64,000 bases of DNA from Octopus sinensis (Eukaryota), in the NCBI RefSeq assembly GCF_006345805.1, contig NC_043000.1, positions 36,952,001 to 37,016,000 of the forward strand, read 5' to 3'. Position numbers and translations under genes: made by a program. The notes beneath the pieces were generated by a model, which was not told the origin of the DNA, searched no databases, and saw nothing but the letters and a program-made list of their open reading frames with translations. Below are positions 55,506 through 64,000 of the stretch, piece after piece. Each line of letters begins with the position of its first letter. Position 1 is the first letter of the stretch.

Positions 55506-56461
55506 TGATGAAAGATATTCAGGACCCTATTATCGAGTGCACGCTTCTTCGTCTTTTACAGACTACTTAGAGTGCTTTGGCCTCTCTAAGTAGTTGAGCG
55601 GTCACATTAAGTCCCCTGCGTTGGTCCTTCATTTGTTTTGTTCATGGAAAGTTCTTAAATCCTGTAATGATACTTCATTCCCTATAACATTGTGGTTTAG
55701 TAAGAGAAGGAAGAACAGGGCCCATAGTTATTTTCATGGTGTGATGCACTTTGAGACTCATGAGAAAAAAAAGGGGAATATTTTGTCAGAATGAAAACTG
55801 GTACGAATGCGCCCAACAGAATGGAATCTGATAAAGCCAGTCTCTCATGGCCCGCAAGTGGTGTTAAAAGAGTGACAAATTACGACAATCACCCAATAAA
55901 GTCTCCATTTCAAACCAGCTTCCACACAATTACCCTTCAAAAAAAGAAGAAGAAAAAAAAAAACACTGACAAGGCTTTTCTTAACCGAAGAATTACTTGC
56001 AATAAATGATATAGTTTAATTGCCTTGGTAACATCAAGTATTTGCGTTTTCACAAACTGTTTTCAACTTTTGCACACGAAAAATATTTATTCAAAATGAA
56101 ATATTTACTTTTGAAATCGATCCAAATTGTAGTGCATTGTTGATTTCACCCAACTTCCTTCCTTTATTACGTACCAACATGATTTAGTACAAACTAGTTA
56201 ACAGCTGGATGTCATTGATTAGGAATCGCTCAACTACATTTTACTTGTCCCGTTGCTTTATTGATTTCACCCCCAAAGATACGATCTTTCTCCCAATTCA
56301 TCTATTTATTTTAATTCAGTATATGCGCCAGCACAAACAAGCACACATGTAGATATATACAATTTACCTGTCTATAGACAAATTTATGTATGCATGTATA
56401 TGCCTGTACATGGTCTGTTTGCCTGCATACATATGTGTGCGTGTGTGTGTGTGTAAGTATG

Positions 56462-56509
<48 letters not shown>

Positions 56510-56992
56510 TACATTAAAAGGCCTCTAAAAGAAGAAGCAAGTGCTAGATACACAAAAAGAGGATAAATTCATGAAATGAAAATCAAAAACGTTTACAAAC
56601 TCGGCTCATCTTGTACTGCAGTTTCGTCTTTTTTTTAGCAGATGAATATAATTTATCTGCCAAGGCTAGACTCTTCAGCAAGCAGCCTTTGTTATCCTAG
56701 AAGTACATATCGTTAGAAGCATGTGCGATTCTAACGACTTGCATTCTCTAACTTTTCAGACGCAAAACATACCCGGCGAACAGAGAGGATGCCGGTAGAA
56801 GGTCTACGAGCAGATTTATCGAGCAATATGTAAACATAGTAAAAAGGGTAATAAAATAAATTATTATTACCAGTGATCTAGCACAAAAGACAAATTAGTC
56901 ATTAGACTATATGTTATTCATATATATATAAATGTATAAACATATATGTCTCACTCTATCTCTCTCTTTCTTTCTATCTATCTATCTAATCT

Positions 56993-57032
<40 letters not shown>

Positions 57033-57311
57033 ACTATCTATCTATATCTATCTATCTATCTATCTCTCTCTCTCTCTCTTCTATATATATATATAATATA
57101 TATATATATAATATATATATATACAATATATATATAAAAACATAAAATAATAGTTATCGCCATACTAATATGGCATTCTTATAAAAATAAGAATAAAGCT
57201 GTCCGCTTATTAGCTCCATGAGGCCATCGCCTTAAATTAGCTATTTGATACACAACTGTATCCATATAACCTTCGAACAGGGAGGTCAGTCGCTCCACAC
57301 TACTACCGGCA

Positions 57312-57353
57312 GCTACAGACGCGTTTCGGGGTATTGCCCCTTTTCAATGCAGC
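57312..57353 (-). ncRNA. type I hammerhead, U3:A8 variant (unit 1)
   Basis: Reverse complement of gctacagacgcgtttcggggtattgccccttttcaatgcagc. Confidence 0.78.
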
Positions 57354-57668
57354 GTAGCCAGCCAGTAGGTGTCGCTTCCGACAATCTCTGTTCGATGGTT
57401 TTATTTACCTAGTTTCGGTGGAATACATCCACTGTTTTCAATAATAGATATTAAAATAACTAAGTCTCTCTAAAAGAGAACATCGGCAGCGTTCCCGGAA
57501 AATAATAGTTATCGCCATACTAATAGGCATTCTTATAAAAATAAGAAAAAAGCTGTCCGCTTATTAGCTCCATGAGGCCATCGCCTTAAGTTAGCTATTT
57601 GATACACAAACTGTATCCATATAACCTTCGAACAAGGAGGTCAGTCGCTCCATACTACTTGACCGGCA

Positions 57669-57710
57669 GCTACAGACGCGTTTCGGGGTATTGCCCCTTT
57701 TCAATGCAGC
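57669..57710 (-). ncRNA. type I hammerhead, U3:A8 variant (unit 2)
   Basis: Identical motif. Confidence 0.78.
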
Positions 57711-58027
57711 GTAGCCAGCCAGTAGGTGTCGCTTCCGACAATCTCTGTTCGATGGTTTTATTTACCTAGTTTCGGTGGAATACATCCACTTGTTTTCAAT
57801 AATAGAATATTAAAATAACTAAGTCTCTCTAAAAGAGAACAGCGGCAGCGTTCCCGGAAAATAATAGTTATCGCCATACTAATATGGCATTCTTATAAAA
57901 ATAAGAATAAAGCTGTCCGCTTATTAGCTCCATGAGGCCATCGCCTTAAATTAGCTATTTGATACACAACTGTATCCATATAACCTTCGAACAAGGGAGG
58001 TCAGTCGCTCCACACTCTTGACCGGCA

Positions 58028-58069
58028 GCTACAGACGCGTTTCGGGGTATTGCCCCTTTTCAATGCAGC
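58028..58069 (-). ncRNA. type I hammerhead, U3:A8 variant (unit 3)
   Basis: Identical motif. Confidence 0.78.
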
Positions 58070-58388
58070 GTAGCAGCCAGTAGGTGTCGCTTCCGACAAT
58101 CTCTGTTCGATGGTTTTATTTACCTAGTTTCGGTGGAATACATCCACTTGTTTTCAATAATAGAAATATTAAAATAACTAAGTCTCTCTAAAAGAGAACA
58201 GCGGCAGCGTTCCCGGAAAATAATAGTTATCGCCATACTAATATGGCATTCTTATAAAAATAAGAAAAAAGCTGTCCGCTTATTAGCTCCATGAGGCCAT
58301 CGCCTTAAGGTAGCTATTTGATACACAAACTGTATCCATATAAACTTCGAACAAGGGAGGTCAGTCGCTCCACACTACTTGACCGGCA

Positions 58389-58430
58389 GCTACAGACGCG
58401 TTTCGGGGTATTGCCCCTTTTTAACGCAGC
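58389..58430 (-). ncRNA. hammerhead copy with G5A core change, probably inactive (unit 4)
   Basis: Plus reads ttttttaacgcagc instead of ttttcaatgcagc, giving core UUAAAAA. Confidence 0.6.
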
Positions 58431-58680
58431 GTAGCCAGCCAGTAGGTGTCGCTTCCGACAATCTCTGTTCGATGGTTTTATTTACCTAGTTTCTTTTTTC
58501 TTATTTTTATAAGAATGCCATATTAGTATGGCGATAACTATTATTTTCCGGGAACGCTGCCGCTGTTCTCTTTTAGAGAGACTTAGTTATTTTAATATTT
58601 CTATTATTGAAAACAAGTGGATGTATTCCACTGAAATTAGGTAAATAAAACCATCGAACAGAGATTGTCGGAAGCGACAC

Positions 58681-58751
58681 CTACTGGCTGGCTACGCTGC
58701 ATTGAAAAGGGGCAATACCCCGAAACGCGTCTGTAGCTGCCGGTCAAGTAG
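58681..58751 (+). ncRNA. type I hammerhead, U3:A8 variant (inverted unit)
   Basis: gcugca UUGAAAA gggg-caaua-cccc GAAA C-GC-G UC^ uguagc; stem I extends via cuacuggcuggc / gccggucaaguag; predicted cut after 58731. Confidence 0.8.
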
Positions 58752-59023
58752 TGTGGAGCGACTGACCTCCCTTGTTCGAAGGTTATATGGATACAGTTTG
58801 TGTATCAAATAGCTAACTTAAGGCGATGGCCTCATGGAGCTAATAAGCGGACAGCTTTTTTCTTATTTTTATAAGAATGCCATATTAGTATGGCGATAAC
58901 TATTATTTTCCGGGAACGCTGCCGCTGTTCTCTTTTAGAGAGACTTAGTTATTTTAATATTTCTATTATATAAACATATATATATATAAAAACATGTCTC
59001 TCTCTCTCTCTCTCTATCTATCT

Positions 59024-59114
<91 letters not shown>

Positions 59115-59150
59115 CAAAGTGGAGTTGTAAGGTATCACACGAGTGTAATT

Positions 59151-59758
59151 ATATATGAAAGAAGGTTTGAAAATGCAATTTTAAAAGATGTTTATTTACT
59201 TTACCGGTTTTACTTTTTTAGAAAAAGATCGTCAAAAGTAACATGTAAAAGCTTGCTTGTGTTAGTTACTGGTTGTCACAAAATACTACAATACATTTAT
59301 ACATTCTTTGACAACAAGAACATGTTAAGAACAGTTTACAAGGGAAAATCTTGGGAAAATACAAAAAAGTTTAACAATTTCATCAAAATATTGGGCACAA
59401 AATCTTGGTTGTGTCAGGTACTGGTTGTCACAAAATATTACAATATACATATACATTCCTTGATAATAAGGACATGTTAAGAACAGCTTACAAAGGAAAA
59501 TCTTGGGAAAATATAAAAAAGTTTAACAAGTTCATTAAAATATTATTAAAAAGTTCAGTGTAATATTGGTATTGTATCTGTATATACATACACGCACAGA
59601 ATATTATAAGTTCAAAAAAGTTTACATTTTAGCAGTCGGGTAGCTTAAACTGACCTCGTTCACCATGTTATCGTAAAAGACTAGTCTTAGAGTAAGACTT
59701 TAAGACTAAAGTAAATAAACATCTTTTAAAATTGCATTTTAAAACCTTCTTTTATATA
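59151..59758. mobile_element. non-coding element with ~53-bp terminal inverted repeats and an internal ~150-bp tandem duplication
   Basis: 59151-59203 vs 59707-59758 inverted; 59268-59410 repeats at 59419-59546. Confidence 0.6.
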
Positions 59759-59972
59759 TATATATATATTATATATATATATATTATATATATATATACA
59801 TATATTTATATATATATATATATATAAAAGAGCAATAAAGATTCAAGTTAATTTAAAAAAATTTACTTGAATATGGTACCTAACTTAGATGCACCAAAAA
59901 AAACTATACTGATTTAACAATACAGTAATGTGGGGTGATTATAAGCGAGAAAGAAGCAACAAGAATGGATAG

Positions 59973-60068
59973 GTATTTAGTACGATCGTTTCATACAAGG
60001 ACAGGTTTTATTAAAAGTTGCAAAGATTACAGCATATAAACGAGTCCCGTACTCATCAGCTAAAATAC
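59973..60068 (-). ncRNA. type I hammerhead with long loop II
   Basis: Mirror copy of 61756-61851. Confidence 0.75.
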
Positions 60069-61755
60069 ATGTAAGTTCTCTAGACATCCTAGTGTTTGAG
60101 GCTATACTCATGAAGTAATGTAGATAATTAAACAGATTTCTAAAGATTCCGTATAAAGATTCCGTATAAAAATAGTAGGGTTGGTTGTCAACTATGCTCC
60201 ATGGAGACGTATGAAATTCTAAAGCATAGTAAACATAGAAACTTATTGAATAACCATATCGAACTAGGTCAAGTTTGTGTCCACGCTAAATTGAAGACTT
60301 TAAAATATTTTAAATGATTGGAATATTCATAACTAGATAGATAGATATAACTTGATTTCTACTAGTATAGCACTGCTTTAAGTAGATAACTAAGAGTTCT
60401 CACATTACAGTTATCTTTATCTTTTCCTTATATCTGCATCAGTTTTTTGAGAACAGGGAAATGAATAGTACTTATTCGCTACTTAATTGAGGCTTTATTT
60501 AATTTCAAACTCACAATTTTTAAATTCTTAATTTTAAATCTTAATTGTAATATTTAATTTTAATTCCTAACTTAATCTAATTGAAATAGCATAACTCTAA
60601 TAAATTATAATTAGTTACTGTAGCCCCATAATTCTATTTCATAATTAAATAAATAAGGCTATTCCCTCGGTGATAATATGATTATCTTCATTATGATAGA
60701 CAATCCCCTAACACCTTGTAAATGATCTTATAAGATTTGACCTGTAGTCAGTCAATGTATGAATAATAACGACAACTCCTTAAGACAATAAAATGAATAA
60801 ATTAAATAAGTAAATTTTTAATGACTTTTTGATAAGATTATACTTAGATTTTCCTAATGTATTTTCTGGTGATTTTAGCATCTGACCCCTTAACCCCTGA
60901 CTGTGTTATCTCTTTAGATTCTCTTTAAACTCATAGCTGATTTCAACAGCAATAAATTAACGGTTTACTGGTCAAAGAATAATATTCTCCTCTAGTTCCT
61001 AGATGCCTGTTGATTAAAACCAGACTTACAGTCTACGAACTCTTCTGTATAACTAGAACCCTCTTTTTTTCTTTTTCTTTTTTCCCTTCTTTCCCTATTT
61101 CTTTCTCTTTTCTCTTTTTCTTTTTCTTCTTCTTATTCTCTGTTTCCTTTTCTCTTCTCTTTTAGTCCCCCTTCCCCCCCCCTTTTTGCTCCCTCCTCCA
61201 TTATTTTCTCTCTTTTCTTCTATTCCCTTCTCTATTCTTGGCCGATCTAGTAAGCCCTTCAGCCTTTAAGAGTTAAATAGCTACAGCCTCTTGTGAATAG
61301 CAGTAATGTGATTAATGTGGCAAACACCTAATCATATAACAAGGATTGATACCTACCTCATTGTGTTCAACCATTGTAAAATTTATCGCCTGTGAATATG
61401 AAATTCATCTCCATTTCTCTGGAAATTTACATCTACACCATTGGAATCTGTGCATATATACAAAGGATTAATTCACCCTCTCTGTAATGCTAATAAGCAG
61501 GAATTGAGACCCACCTCGTTGTAATTAACAATGGATAAATTTGTCTTCTGTGAGTATATAATCCCTCATCATATCTATGGAAATTCATATGGATTAGGTC
61601 ACCTTCTCTGTGATGCTATCAAAACTTTTTAAAATTCTGTGATAAGACTGTACATCATCTTTAAAGAACTTTAATGAACTTTAGAAATCTGTTTAATTAT
61701 CTACATTACTTCATGAGTATAGCCTCAAACACTAGGATGTCTAGAGAACTTACAT

Positions 61756-61851
61756 GTATTTTAGCTGATGAGTACGGGACTCGTTTATATGCTGTAATCT
61801 TTGCAACTTTTAATAAAACCTGTCCTTGTATGAAACGATCGTACTAAATAC
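61756..61851 (+). ncRNA. type I hammerhead with long loop II
   Basis: guauuuuag CUGAUGA guacgggac-(41 nt)-guccuuguau GAAA C-GAUC-G UA^ cuaaauac; palindromic stem III ACGAUCGU; predicted cut after 61843. Confidence 0.78.
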
Positions 61852-61879
61852 CTATCCATTCTTGTTGCTTCTTTCTCGC

Positions 61880-61971
<92 letters not shown>

Positions 61972-61974
61972 TAT

Positions 61975-62145
61975 GATGGCATTTAGGACAGCTTCTAATC
62001 ACATGCGTGAGGTCTTCCACAGAAACATGACATAGCCTCCACATACGGTTGCACCTTGGGATTACAAGAGCGTCACTGTCTCTTTTGTTCACCAGGTACT
62101 TTGTAGCAATCTCCTGTTCCTGAATTACAAACACATAGCCTTCAA
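61975..62145 (-). mobile_element. R4/Dong zinc-finger fragment
   Basis: HFEGYVFVIQEQEIATKYL...RLCHVSVEDLTHVIRSCP. Confidence 0.75.
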
Positions 62146-62454
62146 AGTGTATGTATGTATGTATGTATGTATGTATGTATGGATATGTCCTGGGTATGGA
62201 TTTAAACTGCATGCGATAGACGGGTTCCGGTACGGGAGTTCAATGGTTTTGAGGATTGTGCACGCATCTTTTAGCCACTAGTGTTTCCAGAGCTACTTTG
62301 ACCCGGTGTAGAAATGCGTGTTATGGTTCCAGCTATGGGCAAACTTGATTGTGAACCATTGTAAATGAAAGGCTCTTTCTCACTAGAACTTCCTTCTAGG
62401 AGAAGGTAAACTCATATAAAAAAAACCCTGAAGTGCAGTTTGGTTTCTAATCAT

Positions 62455-62653
62455 ACTCTTTACTCTTTTACTTGTTTCAGTCATTCGACTGCGGCCATGC
62501 TAAAGCACCGCTTTTAATCTTTTGTAAGCCCAGTACTATCGGTCTCTTTTGCCGAACCGCTAAGTAACGGGGACATAAACACACAAGCATCGGTTGTCAA
62601 GCAATGCTAAGGTGACTAACACAGACATACAAACACACACACGCATATATATA

Positions 62654-62707
<54 letters not shown>

Positions 62708-62881
62708 TATATATACATATATTCGACGAGCTTCTTTCAGTTTCCGTCTACCAAATCCACTCACAAGGCTTTGGTCGGCCCGAGGCTATAGTAGAAGACA
62801 CTTGCCCAAAGTGCCACGCAGTGGGACTGAACCCAGAACCATGTGGTTGGTAAACAAGCTACTTACCAAACAGCCACTCCT
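62455..62881 (-). mobile_element. SINE family C with internal (TA)n
   Basis: Colinear with other family C copies. Confidence 0.88.
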
Positions 62882-63061
62882 AATGTCTGTTGTGCCACTG
62901 GTTTTATAGCTGATTGCACTGGAAACGGGGTTAAGTATTGCGCAACACTTGATTCACTCAAGACAAATTGACGCATAGGAACGTCTTGGACATTCGGAAC
63001 GTTTACACGGAATTACTGAGTTTAGGAAGTGGTCGTACACGGTCACAAATTTACTTCCACC

Positions 63062-63490
63062 AGGGCGGCGAGCTGGCAGAAATGTTAGAACGCCGGGCGA
63101 AATGCTTAGCGGTATTTCGTCTGCCATTATGTTCTCAGTTCAAATTCCGCCGAGGTCGACTTTGCATTTCATCCTTTCGAGGTCGTTAAATTAAGTACCA
63201 GTTACGCATTGAGGTCAATGTAATTGGCTCAATCCTTTTGTCTGTCCTTGTTTGTCCACTCTATATTTAGCCCCTTGTGGGCAATAAAGAAATAATAAAC
63301 GTTCGTACGCCGGGCGAAATGCTTAGCAGTATTTCATTTGTCTTTACGTTCTGGGTTCAAATTCAGCCGAGGTCGACTTTGTCTTTCATCCTTTCGGGGT
63401 CGATAAATTAAGTACCAGTTGCGTACTGGGGTTGATCTAATCGACTGGCCCCTCCCCCAAAATTTCGGGCCTTGTACCTAGAGTAGAAAA
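63062..63490 (+). mobile_element. two tandem SINE family M copies
   Basis: ggcggcgagctggcagaaatgttag head; core repeated at ~63155 and ~63372. Confidence 0.88.
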
Positions 63491-63586
63491 GAATTTACTT
63501 CCACAATGAAGACATAGATTGATAGATAGATAGAGAGAGAGAGATGGACAGATAGATAGATAGATACATACATACATATACATGCA

Positions 63587-63632
<46 letters not shown>

Positions 63633-64000
63633 CGCGTGTACATATATATATATCTTGTATGTATATAGATATCTTTCTCCAAGATGACACCTTACACTGT
63701 CTCTATATTGTATCTCACGAGGACTAGATATTAGTTAATGACAAGATTAATCGCGTTAATTATTAGAGACATGTGAATTTATATATTGCATAATGGGAGC
63801 TTAGTGGTATGTAAGCAGACCCTAAATCATCCCGTTAATCCCCTTCACAACTTCAGATCAATATGGTGTTAAAGATTATTTTATTTCAGTTGCTTTGTGA
63901 CCTTTGCTGCTGTCCAAGATGTCGGATGGAATCGATTATATTTGATATATTTTTCTTTCTTTCCGTGGTTAAACTTTACTACACGAAAAATTTCCGCAAC

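Larger units (their letters stand above)
57146..58968. repeat. ~357-bp tandem array (about 3.8 units) plus about 1.3 inverted units, one HHR per unit (retrozyme/pLTR-like)
   Basis: Unit starts at 57146, 57501, 57860, 58219; inversion at ~58493; flanked by TA-rich microsatellites. Confidence 0.92.
59945..61879. mobile_element. Penelope-type element with 201-bp identical inverted ends, each carrying an HHR
   Basis: 59945-60145 is the reverse complement of 61679-61879 with no mismatch seen; right end abuts (TA)n; 13-bp duplication at the inner left junction. Confidence 0.8.

Noticed and set aside
57146-58968. CRISPR-like array
   Set aside because: Units are near-identical over the whole ~357 bp with no unique spacers; the context is eukaryotic and no cas genes are present.

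Overview
AT-rich, microsatellite-saturated eukaryotic DNA. The (TA)n/(GATA)n/(TAA)n density and the SINE/LINE repertoire suggest a cephalopod (Octopus-like) genome; this is an inference. No host protein-coding gene could be identified with confidence, only weak candidate exons at 0.15-5.2 kb. Most ORFs in the track are microsatellite read-throughs. The interpretable content is mobile DNA: several tRNA-derived SINE families, a cluster of R4/Dong-type RLE retrotransposons in (TAA)n, CR1, RTE and Tx1/L1 fragments, a Tc1 relic and a hAT MITE. The main unexplained signal is a set of type I hammerhead ribozyme (HHR) motifs, read and folded by eye, in unrelated Penelope-type or retrozyme-like elements, mostly next to (TA)n. 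(1) A ~357-bp tandem array (57.1-59.0 kb) with an internal inversion; each unit carries an HHR with a compensatory U3:A8 core. (2) A 1.97-kb unit (14.8-16.9 kb) with 76-bp terminal direct repeats, a Tx1-like gag/ORF1 but no RT, and a canonical HHR, abutting a 200-nt hairpin whose substitution mismatches are all A-C. (3) A 1.9-kb element with identical 201-bp inverted ends, each holding an HHR with a polyA signal in loop II. (4) Minimal or decayed HHR-like variants at 14.5, 22.6 and 29.6 kb. Ribozyme activity, expression and novelty are untested.
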